A stretch of 64,000 nt of DNA from a virus. Below the pieces are notes generated by a model. It was not told the origin of the DNA, ran no database searches, and saw nothing but the letters and a program-made list of their open reading frames with translations. Shown here one piece after another: positions 36,032-45,580 of this stretch. The first letter of the stretch is position 1. Every line of letters starts with the position of its first letter. Location: positions 7,952 to 71,951 of IMG/VR virus record IMGVR_UViG_3300025913_000001; one strand, 5' to 3'. The position numbers were made by a program, and so were the translations under genes.

Positions 36032-36666
36032 TGACGGCAACGACATATAGAAAACTTAGTGAGGAAATATTAACCACGTACTTCAAGGGAACAAGAAGCG
36101 ACGATGCACAGTATTCTTTACGATTTATAGCAGAGTTAATAGCAAATGAAGTAGCGTGGTATGCACGCAAAAATGCTTTTGAGAATAGTAACGCAGGAGA
36201 AGTTACTTATAGTAACGATACTTTTATTGTAACCTATAAAAACAAGCCACTACAAACGGATTCAACGCTTGGAATTAAGTATATTCAACTTTCGTCTATC
36301 CCAACAGCATTGCCTAATAATCAGGAAATACAAAAGGTTTGGCCAGTTGGAAATCAAAAAGTGTTTTTTATCCCATTGTCCAATCATCAGTTATTTTCAC
36401 AAAGTATGTTGCCGTCCATGCGTGGTTTTATGACTTACTACATAGAGAATGGTAATATGTACTTTCCTGATTTAACACCATTGTTTACGGCTAATATCAA
36501 CTATAATATGGTAGCAGGATTTCCAGAGGGTAATTTATTGGATGCAGCGTTGTCTATACCTAAAAACTACGAAACTGAAATTACCGATAAGATATTGGCT
36601 AAACTGAATTCAGAAAGAAATGTACAGAGAGATGTACTTAACGATGCTATACCAATGCCGTCATAA
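36031..36666 (+). CDS. Tail ring protein
   Basis: Position, size, TAATG coupling. Confidence 0.6.
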   Translation: MTATTYRKLSEEILTTYFKGTRSDDAQYSLRFIAELIANEVAWYARKNAFENSNAGEVTYSNDTFIVTYKNKPLQTDSTLGIKYIQLSSIPTALPNNQEIQKVWPVGNQKVFFIPLSNHQLFSQSMLPSMRGFMTYYIENGNMYFPDLTPLFTANINYNMVAGFPEGNLLDAALSIPKNYETEITDKILAKLNSERNVQRDVLNDAIPMPS

Positions 36667-36668
36667 TT

Positions 36669-37451
36669 ATGCAAACATCAATTAAGAAAATAGTAGCTCA
36701 ATTTTTGAATAGTGCAGATCGATCTACACATGACTTCGCTCGGCTATACAACATTGGTGTTCGTGGCTTAGAGAACGAATTTTCATTAGATGTAACAGGT
36801 ACGTTTAAGACTGTTTTGCTCGATGTAGAACCTAATAAAACAGTAATACTACCTTGCGGTTATATCAACTACTCTAAAATAGGCATTGTTAATCAGGCAG
36901 GAGAGTTTGTTACATTAAAGCGAAACGACCAGTTAAGCCAATATCATGCCACTGCATTTACCAATACAAGCAGAAACGCGGGAGTACCGTCTATTAACTC
37001 ATTTGGTGCGCCACAAGGTCTTAATCTGCTTGGGTACAACAATACGTACTACTTTAACTTTTACAATAGCGGAACTAGCTATAATCTGTATGGTTTGGAT
37101 AGCGGAACAGCCACTATTGGCACTTACAAGATTGATGTGAATGATGGCGTTATCCTATTAAACCCTGAATTTATCTATCCGCAGATATTGTTAGAGTATT
37201 TGTCGGATGGGTATGATGAAGACGAAGATGACTACACGATTGATAGTAGGGCGGCAGAGGCTTTGTTGAGTTGGATACGTTGGCAAAACGCAATAGACCA
37301 ACCAAAAAAGTTCCCGGCAAGTGTGGTAATGATGCACCAAAAGAATTATTTCAACGAAAAAAGAAAAGCAAAAGTTCGTTTGAACGGCATCCATCTATCA
37401 GAGTTGAATGACATTGTCCGCAGAGGTAACAAGCTAACTCCCAAAGCATAA
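36669..37451 (+). CDS. Tail ring protein
   Basis: ILPCGYINYSKI, ILLEYLSDG...AAEAL. Confidence 0.65.
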   Translation: MQTSIKKIVAQFLNSADRSTHDFARLYNIGVRGLENEFSLDVTGTFKTVLLDVEPNKTVILPCGYINYSKIGIVNQAGEFVTLKRNDQLSQYHATAFTNTSRNAGVPSINSFGAPQGLNLLGYNNTYYFNFYNSGTSYNLYGLDSGTATIGTYKIDVNDGVILLNPEFIYPQILLEYLSDGYDEDEDDYTIDSRAAEALLSWIRWQNAIDQPKKFPASVVMMHQKNYFNEKRKAKVRLNGIHLSELNDIVRRGNKLTPKA

Positions 37452-37452
37452 T

Positions 37453-40400
37453 ATGGCACATAACGACAATATTCGGGGTTTTCTAAATACAGGTATGAAT
37501 GGTGACGACGCACCTGAGTACGTATCTCCTGAGGACATCATCGAGGCGTTCAACACTATTTTTACAGGCTCTACAGAAGGCGAAGATGGGAATGCCACCA
37601 ATATCCCATCAAATGACCTTGTACCCTTTACAGTACAAGCAGGGATAAATAAGTGTATAGGTGCTGAAAAGTTTGAATCATTAAGAATAATTATTGGCTT
37701 TATATACAACTCATTCGGGTTTCACCAAATTATTGAATATGCTTACGATACTGACAGCATAAGCATTGTCTTTACGAATAAAACAGATAGCGGCGGTGTT
37801 TCGATACTTGACTTCGATCCATTATACTATGTGACCGATATTAAGATGGTTAACGACACCTTCTTAATATTCAGGGCAGATAATATACCACCTGCTTATA
37901 TTAACTATACAAGGCTAAAAAGTGGCTTTTACGGGGTACTTACTGCCAATGATTTTAGTTTAGCTAAACCACAGAACTTAATTCCCGCCACAAGCGTATA
38001 TAGCGATGATGCAAGCAGGTCTGTTAACCTACTAAACCAAAAGCTGTTTCAATTTATTAGCCAATTTGAGTATATCGATTATGAGTTTTCGGCATGGTCT
38101 ACGAGATCTAAAAGAACCGTACCTATAACTCAAAATACGCCATCAGTAGGAACAAATGTAACTTTAAACAATAATTTAATAGTCAGTATTGATATTGGTG
38201 ATAACCGAGTTAATCAATTAAATATTGGTGCAAGATATAGTGACCTCGATTTCTTCTTGATTAAGACAATTACAAGACAAGAAATAATCGGGCTAACCAA
38301 TACGAGTGTTGATATTTCAAATCAGATATACGAAGCTTATAATCCAACAACCAACATCTATTCATTCGTTTTTTACAATGACGGTCTGTATCCTAATATT
38401 GATATTTTAGAAACCGACCTTTATTATGATGACGTGCCTTTATTGGCAGGAGCAATGGAGTTGGCGAATGGCAACGTAGATACTTGGTGGGACTATACTA
38501 AAGGCTATCCACGTCCTCAAACAGTAGTTAATATTAGTGCAGTAGCTTATAATCCAGGAATAGCTATTACAGCGCCAACATACGATTATTTAAGAAAGAC
38601 ATACGTTGATGGTGGTGGCGTAGGAAGTGGTGCAGGTAATCACAAAAGGACGATGCAAGCCAACTTTTTAGGTTTGCCAAAGCAGGGTGATACTATTACG
38701 TTTTACTTTGTTTCTGCACAGGATAGTAGTCAAACTTTTTCAGTAACTCACTTGGTGGTTTTTGCAGAGCAAGATGATTTGTTATTAACCATGACAAACT
38801 TTGCTGCGCAAATAGCAGGACAGTTTAATACATACGATACAAGTACTGGTGCGAATGCCTCATCTGACCTTCCTACAAGTCCACAGGTTGTCATACGTAT
38901 GGTTGGTCCTCCGTATTATGAGTTACGTGGCGTTAACGTTAACCTATTTAATGCAGGTGCAGGACAATCAAAGTGTATACACGGATTAAAGAGTAATTCA
39001 TCATATCAGGCAGCATTATCTTATTATGATGATAAAGGAAGGTTCTTTCCTTTGGATACCGATAACTCATTTGTGTTTAAAACGCAGTCTTACGCTCAGA
39101 TATTAGGGCAAACACAGGCATTGCAATGGCAGATAACAACCGTATCCGCACCTGCGGGAGCTGTTAGCTATCAGTGGATGTTATCTAAAAATACTACCCA
39201 CCAAACAGATTTATTTATCAATGGGGCATTGATAGTATATAAAGGTACATGGAATGCAACTACAAACTCGCCAACACTTGTTGCAGGAACTGGAAGCGTA
39301 GGGGATGCCTATTTAGTGAATGTTCCCGGTAGCCAAAATTTAGGTAATGGCACAACAAGTTATAATGCTGATGATTTTGTTGTCTATAACGGTTCAACAT
39401 GGGATGTTTCACCCCAGTCTTTTGGTGACTTAACAGATACCTCAGACTATTTAGTGTTTAACATTTCGCCATTAAAGGCATTTAACAAAAAAAACTCATC
39501 TTCAATATTAGCCTACGAGTATTCTGCAGGGGATAGGGTGACTTTCGCATATTTCGCAGTAAGTGGCGGCGGTAATATTTATTTCAATACACCAGTAGTC
39601 GATGTAGAGATTGTTGACTTTAATGTAACCAATTACTTATTAAAAGTTAGAAAACCATCAGCGTTCGTTGTAGCATCACCTAACGTAACTTATAACGGGA
39701 TAAACATTAACGGAACGGACGTTCTTTTAGAGTTATATAGCCCATTAAAAAGGACGGTAGTTACGGATGGTGTGACAACCAATAGCACGCAAACCTATTT
39801 TGAGATAGGAGAACGTTTTCCTATAGTTAATGGCAATCACAGTGTTTTAACAGGGACAATTACGGACGGCGATAATTACTATAAAACAAGAGAGGTTGTA
39901 TCTGCTGTTGACCCCAATAATTTGTTGGAATTAGTGGTTGAAGATTTTAATTTCAGTGATTTTTATATCAGTAATTATACCTCTTACGGTAGAGTAAGAA
40001 CTTATGACGATGTTTTGGAAACGACCACTAAGATAGCTTGTGGTTGTTATTCAGGAGAATTCGTCGTAGGAAGCAAAATAAACAGCCTGACACGTTTTTT
40101 CCCTGCGAGGGTATATGGTGAAGCAGACGGACAAACATCTGCTAACTACGGGGCTGTAAACAAGGTATTTCAGCGAAATAATGAAATAGTACTCATCCAA
40201 CAATTAAAAGTTGGTTATATTCCTGTTTTTGAAAGCATCATTACAGATCAAGCCGAAAGACAAAACGTAGCTATATCAGACAAGATATTTGGTAATATAC
40301 GGTATAACGATAGTGGAAATCATGGTTCTGGTGGTTGGAAGCGTTGTATCGTTATTTATGGTAATAATGTATATGCTCTTGACCCTTTCCGTTCTGAGCC

Positions 40401-41616
40401 ATTTAGAGCGGGTTTAGACGGTGTTCATACCATAAGCGGCAAGATGAGCAAGTTCTTTAAACAAACGCTACAGCAAGCATTTGCTAACGGTATAGAACCT
40501 GTTGCTTACTATGACCCATACAATAACTTTTACGTAATATCTATTCCGACTGATAATGACACTGTAGTAACCTTTAGTTTTGATGCAGCCACATGGCAAT
40601 ATCAGGAAAGCTATGCACCGCCAATTCCATCAGGTATCACTTTAGTGGCATCGCCTGCGCATGGAACAGTTAGTTATAATAGCACTACTGGATTTGCTTT
40701 ATATACACCGAATACTGGCTATGTAGGTACAGATAACTTTACATTTTCGTTTGTAGTTAATACGATTACTATCACTAAAAGGGCGTGTATAAATGTATTA
40801 GCAGGGGGAACTACGATTTATCCTTTTGCATTTACACCGCAAGTTGGGGTAGCTTTAAGCACTACAATTATTTCTAATTCAATATTAGTTGGTGGCAACA
40901 CAATACCTGTGCCAATCAGTATTACCGGGGGGCAGTATTCAATTAATGGAGGTGCCTTTACAAGTGCAACGGGTACTGTTAATCCCGGCGATACAGTAAG
41001 GGTAAATGTTTTAAGTTCGGGGTCAACCAATACAGGAACAAGTTCTACCTTAACGATTAGTACCATATCTGCAACATTTATGGTTACTACTTATTCGTTA
41101 ATCGCTGGTATATTAATTGTGGATATCAATAACGATGCCACAGGTAATTTCTGTGGATATGTGAATACACCGGGAGCAACCATTCCTTATCAAGTACCTG
41201 TATATACTGGTCAAAACTTTATGCCGAGTGTTGCTACGCCACCTGCTGACAATTGGTGCTTGGCATCAGACGTGGTGGGGACTTCAATTGAATGGCGATT
41301 TGAATTTAATATTACTAAGTTAGTGGCAACCTATCCGTCAGAGCCTACCTTTGTGTTTATAATCAGTGGCAGAAGTGTATCTCCGGGTTCATTAAATGGG
41401 TCTTACGTTGTTAAGAGTACCACAGGATCAAGTATGATAATGACAGGCTCACCGGGAACTTATTTACCATCAGCATCTGGGCCAAATATTGGTGTAACCA
41501 CTTATTCAGGAAAGACAACGGTGGGTGGTGCTAATGGAACTTATGGCGTTGGTGTGGGGGCAGTCATAATGACTTTTACGTATAATGTGGCCTTAAATAC
41601 TATAACTTTAACTTAA
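37453..41616 (+). CDS. Tail stabilisation/muzzle protein, N-terminal part, with appended Ig-like domains
   Basis: GMNGDDAPEYVSPEDIIEAFN start typical of P22 gp10-like stabilisation proteins; HGTVSY...YTPNTGYVGTDNFTF Ig-like repeat. Confidence 0.7.
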   Translation: MAHNDNIRGFLNTGMNGDDAPEYVSPEDIIEAFNTIFTGSTEGEDGNATNIPSNDLVPFTVQAGINKCIGAEKFESLRIIIGFIYNSFGFHQIIEYAYDTDSISIVFTNKTDSGGVSILDFDPLYYVTDIKMVNDTFLIFRADNIPPAYINYTRLKSGFYGVLTANDFSLAKPQNLIPATSVYSDDASRSVNLLNQKLFQFISQFEYIDYEFSAWSTRSKRTVPITQNTPSVGTNVTLNNNLIVSIDIGDNRVNQLNIGARYSDLDFFLIKTITRQEIIGLTNTSVDISNQIYEAYNPTTNIYSFVFYNDGLYPNIDILETDLYYDDVPLLAGAMELANGNVDTWWDYTKGYPRPQTVVNISAVAYNPGIAITAPTYDYLRKTYVDGGGVGSGAGNHKRTMQANFLGLPKQGDTITFYFVSAQDSSQTFSVTHLVVFAEQDDLLLTMTNFAAQIAGQFNTYDTSTGANASSDLPTSPQVVIRMVGPPYYELRGVNVNLFNAGAGQSKCIHGLKSNSSYQAALSYYDDKGRFFPLDTDNSFVFKTQSYAQILGQTQALQWQITTVSAPAGAVSYQWMLSKNTTHQTDLFINGALIVYKGTWNATTNSPTLVAGTGSVGDAYLVNVPGSQNLGNGTTSYNADDFVVYNGSTWDVSPQSFGDLTDTSDYLVFNISPLKAFNKKNSSSILAYEYSAGDRVTFAYFAVSGGGNIYFNTPVVDVEIVDFNVTNYLLKVRKPSAFVVASPNVTYNGININGTDVLLELYSPLKRTVVTDGVTTNSTQTYFEIGERFPIVNGNHSVLTGTITDGDNYYKTREVVSAVDPNNLLELVVEDFNFSDFYISNYTSYGRVRTYDDVLETTTKIACGCYSGEFVVGSKINSLTRFFPARVYGEADGQTSANYGAVNKVFQRNNEIVLIQQLKVGYIPVFESIITDQAERQNVAISDKIFGNIRYNDSGNHGSGGWKRCIVIYGNNVYALDPFRSEPFRAGLDGVHTISGKMSKFFKQTLQQAFANGIEPVAYYDPYNNFYVISIPTDNDTVVTFSFDAATWQYQESYAPPIPSGITLVASPAHGTVSYNSTTGFALYTPNTGYVGTDNFTFSFVVNTITITKRACINVLAGGTTIYPFAFTPQVGVALSTTIISNSILVGGNTIPVPISITGGQYSINGGAFTSATGTVNPGDTVRVNVLSSGSTNTGTSSTLTISTISATFMVTTYSLIAGILIVDINNDATGNFCGYVNTPGATIPYQVPVYTGQNFMPSVATPPADNWCLASDVVGTSIEWRFEFNITKLVATYPSEPTFVFIISGRSVSPGSLNGSYVVKSTTGSSMIMTGSPGTYLPSASGPNIGVTTYSGKTTVGGANGTYGVGVGAVIMTFTYNVALNTITLT

Positions 41617-42545
41617 TGTTTATAACGATAGAAAATACACCGATTAGTATTGATCTGACACAGCAAGCCTTGTCGACGGGATGGACTGTTACTGGCAGTA
41701 ATGCCATACACGAATCTTGCAATACAGGTATCATGTACTTAATAGGCTATCCTTTAATAACAGGTCAGACTTATGTATATAGCTATCAAGTAAATAGTAT
41801 TAGCGGCGGCAATGTGCAAGCACGATTGGGCTCCGCTACTGGAACTGCTTATACGACGACAGGATTTAAGACGGAGACTATAGTAGCTGCTGGAACTAAT
41901 CCGGTATTGTCATTTTATTCAAATGCAGATTGTAATATAGACCTGTTAACGTTTCAACAACAGCCTGTAGTTAATACAGTAACCAAGCAACGTCAAACTA
42001 TCGTATATAGTGAAAAAAGTAATAAGTGGGCTTGCTTCTTATCGTTTACTATTGATATTGGAGTGGCCTTGTTCACCAATTTATTTTTGTTTAAAAACGG
42101 GAAAATGTATAAGCATGAACATGGAAGTGGAAGCCGTAATAACTTCTTTGGCGTACAGTACGACTCAATAATTAAATTTGTAGCCAATAAAGATTCTACG
42201 CTTATCAAAACGTTTAATTCTATTGCCATACAGTCTAATCAACTTTTAATTACAACAACAGATGGTATTACTACTTCTTTGGGGAATGTATCTGACTTGG
42301 AAGCAGAAGATTTCTTGAAAATGGAATTAAATGATGGTATCAATACGATAGATGTATATGACGAAGAAGGGATGTATGCGGCATCGTTTTTACGGGATAA
42401 AAATTCAGTAGGTGGGCTAATCAATGGTGCTGTGTTAAAGGGTAATTATTTAATCGTAGAATTAGTAACTACAGATAGTGGTAATCAATTAAGTTTGTAT
42501 AGTGTTTCAGTAAATTCGAGTTTGTCTCATATAGGAGTACGGTAA
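41616..42545 (+). CDS. Tail stabilisation protein, C-terminal part
   Basis: TIVYSEKSNKWACFLSF...FKNGKMYKH...RNNFFGVQY...KTFNSI...EGMYAASFLRD...LKGNY. Confidence 0.65.
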   Translation: MFITIENTPISIDLTQQALSTGWTVTGSNAIHESCNTGIMYLIGYPLITGQTYVYSYQVNSISGGNVQARLGSATGTAYTTTGFKTETIVAAGTNPVLSFYSNADCNIDLLTFQQQPVVNTVTKQRQTIVYSEKSNKWACFLSFTIDIGVALFTNLFLFKNGKMYKHEHGSGSRNNFFGVQYDSIIKFVANKDSTLIKTFNSIAIQSNQLLITTTDGITTSLGNVSDLEAEDFLKMELNDGINTIDVYDEEGMYAASFLRDKNSVGGLINGAVLKGNYLIVELVTTDSGNQLSLYSVSVNSSLSHIGVR

Positions 42546-42547
42546 TC

Positions 42548-43033
42548 ATGGCAGAATTAGTTCCACAACAACAACCAACAATACCCCCATTAACGCCACA
42601 ACAAAAGGCACAATTTAATTCCTTTATAGATTTTATAGAGAAAGAGGGGTATAAAGGCGCACCTATTTTAGATGATAAAAATCAAAAGATAGGTCAATAT
42701 TTATTTCAAAAATATCAATCACTTAATCCCAACCTGTCTATCAGCTATAAAGATATCCCTCGTGTGCAACAAGAGTTACAAGACTATCGCACCAATTTAG
42801 TTAATCAATGGAAAAACAATCCAAAATTAATTCCTGATGCCAAGTCAGAAGATGAAATCATGCAGGGGCTTTCTCCTGTTGATGGATGGTTAGGCAGTAA
42901 AACAACCTCTCACAAATTTCCAATAGCGACAGGTACGGTAATTGCTCCTAATGGACAACAAACAGTTCAAAACTACGGAACTGATATTGCAGCGTTTGAC
43001 AAGAAGTTTTTAGGAAGGGGAACTAATAAATAA
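42548..43033 (+). CDS. Hypothetical virion-associated protein
   Basis: ORF in the late operon. Confidence 0.6.
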   Translation: MAELVPQQQPTIPPLTPQQKAQFNSFIDFIEKEGYKGAPILDDKNQKIGQYLFQKYQSLNPNLSISYKDIPRVQQELQDYRTNLVNQWKNNPKLIPDAKSEDEIMQGLSPVDGWLGSKTTSHKFPIATGTVIAPNGQQTVQNYGTDIAAFDKKFLGRGTNK

Positions 43034-43461
43034 TGCTTACCGAGATATCCAGCGATAAATTATTGCCATTTATAGATATTGCCTTTAGCGGCGATGAAGA
43101 TTTGTTTACGCAGTGGCATATCAATAGTGGTACTCAGCAAGAGTGTATATTACATACCTATCATACCATATTAGACACTGAAAAATTAATGCCAATAACC
43201 TGCTATCACATGGGTGAAATTGGGTATACTGTTATAATTCCGGATAAACATTTACTCTATAGTTTTGGTATTAACAAAGAACATCGCAATAAAGAAACGT
43301 TGAAAAACTGGTTTGATAATATTGTGAATATTTTAGGTACTTTTGATTGCATTCTTTGGAGTAAGAATAAGAGGGCAATTAATCACCTCCTTAAACAAGG
43401 AATGACCATTAAGAACAAAATAGAGGTTTACACCATTTTAACATATACGTCATGCCAATAG
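43033..43461 (+). CDS. GNAT-like protein
   Basis: FGINKEHRNK...NKRAINHLLKQGM; position before ejection proteins as in podoviruses. Confidence 0.5.
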   Translation: MLTEISSDKLLPFIDIAFSGDEDLFTQWHINSGTQQECILHTYHTILDTEKLMPITCYHMGEIGYTVIIPDKHLLYSFGINKEHRNKETLKNWFDNIVNILGTFDCILWSKNKRAINHLLKQGMTIKNKIEVYTILTYTSCQ

Positions 43462-44120
43462 GAGGTTTAGCAATAGCTGGAATAGGTGCTTTGGGGAAAG
43501 GGATATTCGGTGCAATCCAAAACCATCAGGCAAGTGAGATTGAAAAAAACAATCACAGACCTACGATGGGCGTTCAGCAAGAGTTAAATGATAACGTTGC
43601 TACAGCCGACCAAATGGCTCGTATAGGCTTACCACAGCAGCAATATGAGAATCAATTAAACGATATCCAACGCAATCAGGCAGGAGGGTTATATGCTTTG
43701 GGACATAGTGCCAATCCGGGAGCAAATATCGCTTCTGTAGTGCGTGCGGGTAATGATGCTACCAATAACCTAAATGCAGAAGATGCTGCCGCAAGAAATA
43801 GGAATACATTAGCACTCATTCAACAACGTGGGATATTGGCTAATGCTAAACAAAATGCTTGGAACTATAACTATGCTGATAAGTATTCAGAGAATTTAGC
43901 CAAATCTCAGGCATTACGAGGTGCGGGTACGCAAAATATAGCAGGAGCTTTAAATGATATAGGAGGCGCTGGTATGAGTATGCTTGGGTATGGCTCTGGA
44001 ATGCCACCTGTTGGACAAATTAATGATGGTAATCAAGGAGCCGCACATATTAGTAATGTTTTACCCGGGGCACAAACTATGCAACGTATGCCGTTGTATT
44101 CTAACTGGCAACAATTTTAA
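43452..44120 (+). CDS. Internal virion/ejection protein
   Basis: G/A-rich hydrophobic N-terminus, Q/N/A-rich helical body. Confidence 0.7.
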   Translation: MPIGGLAIAGIGALGKGIFGAIQNHQASEIEKNNHRPTMGVQQELNDNVATADQMARIGLPQQQYENQLNDIQRNQAGGLYALGHSANPGANIASVVRAGNDATNNLNAEDAAARNRNTLALIQQRGILANAKQNAWNYNYADKYSENLAKSQALRGAGTQNIAGALNDIGGAGMSMLGYGSGMPPVGQINDGNQGAAHISNVLPGAQTMQRMPLYSNWQQF

Positions 44121-44122
44121 TT

Positions 44123-45574
44123 ATGGCTACCAACAACGCAATTCTTTACGGAATAGGGCAAGGCTCAGCCCAAATCATTAATAACGGTGAAATAAATAAT
44201 GGTTTTGCACAACTATTGGCTAAACAGCAAGCACAGCGCCAACAAGAGGTTAAGGCATTGGCCGACCAACAAGCACAATTAAAGCCAGAAGGATTACGTA
44301 ATGATGCCGACCGTAAGGATTTTTTTAATCAAGTAGACGATTGGAGAAATAAAGCAGTATCGGCACAAAACGAGCGTGACCCGTATAAAAAGGCTTTGCT
44401 TAAATCACAAGCTGATAACGCTTATCTGCAAGCGCAAGATTTGGTGTCTAAGTCTAAACAACGTGCGCAAATAGAAAATCAGCTATCAAATCATTTACTG
44501 GATGATACTTTTCGTCACCAATATAAAGACGATGCGGTTAATACCTTTTTAAATGGTAAGCAACTATCGGTAAACGATCCCAATTTACCTAATCCAGATA
44601 TGATGGCAAGACAAGTAGATCATCGTAAAATCATGGACTTATTGGATAAAGCCGACCAAGCAGCTTTAAAGCAAACACAATATAGCACGCCAATTATTAC
44701 TAATCAAAAGGTAGGTAATCGGGTGATGCCATTTATTCAGCAAAATAGAACGTTAGATCCTGCTGACCGGGCACAGATGTATAGCCAGATGTACGATACG
44801 CAACCTGATATTAAGAAGTTTTTTAATGATGTGTATCCGCAAGCATTTCAAGCAGGGTTATCACCAAAGGCACAAAGGGATGCGGCTATTCAACAGTATA
44901 TCAAAGACAGTGGGGACGTATCTGAATTTCATGCACCAGTTCCTAAACCTGAGCCTGTAGATAATTTCTATTCTCACTATGCTTATGAATTGGCTCATCC
45001 AAGAGCGGGAGCAGCTAATTCGCAATTAACCCCTGCACAAATGATTATTGCAGGTAATCCTACTAATGGACAACCCGGGATGTTACAAGGCGACCAAACG
45101 GCTATGAATAGGTTTATCAGTCTACACCCTAAAGGACAATATGGCGGTAAAGAACCAGAAGCTACGGTAGACCCGTTAACCAATGAGCATGTATTTAAGT
45201 TTCCTGCACAAGTAGTACCTGATGAGAAAGCTATTAAAGACAACCAAAAGTTACGTGCTTCATATAATAATAATCCCGAAAAACAAGGTGGCATATTAGG
45301 TTTTGGCGGTACGCCAATACCAATTGAAAAAAGCAAAAAGGCAGCATTATTACAACCAGAGGTTAAGGTTAAAAGGCCGGCACAGGAGTATCGGTTAAAT
45401 CCCGCTGATGGGCAGACATATATATCTCAAGCGGCACAAATGGCGGCAGACCAAAATATCAAGTTGCCACAGTTAAACCAAATATTGGGGCAAAAGAGCG
45501 GCCACGGGATGATTAACCCTACCACAACCAAAATACCACCAACCAAGAAAGACCCTTTAGGATTAGGAATATAA
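44123..45574 (+). CDS. Internal virion/ejection protein
   Basis: Q/A/D-rich helical; ends DPLGLGI. Confidence 0.6.
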   Translation: MATNNAILYGIGQGSAQIINNGEINNGFAQLLAKQQAQRQQEVKALADQQAQLKPEGLRNDADRKDFFNQVDDWRNKAVSAQNERDPYKKALLKSQADNAYLQAQDLVSKSKQRAQIENQLSNHLLDDTFRHQYKDDAVNTFLNGKQLSVNDPNLPNPDMMARQVDHRKIMDLLDKADQAALKQTQYSTPIITNQKVGNRVMPFIQQNRTLDPADRAQMYSQMYDTQPDIKKFFNDVYPQAFQAGLSPKAQRDAAIQQYIKDSGDVSEFHAPVPKPEPVDNFYSHYAYELAHPRAGAANSQLTPAQMIIAGNPTNGQPGMLQGDQTAMNRFISLHPKGQYGGKEPEATVDPLTNEHVFKFPAQVVPDEKAIKDNQKLRASYNNNPEKQGGILGFGGTPIPIEKSKKAALLQPEVKVKRPAQEYRLNPADGQTYISQAAQMAADQNIKLPQLNQILGQKSGHGMINPTTTKIPPTKKDPLGLGI

Positions 45575-45580
45575 CACAGC

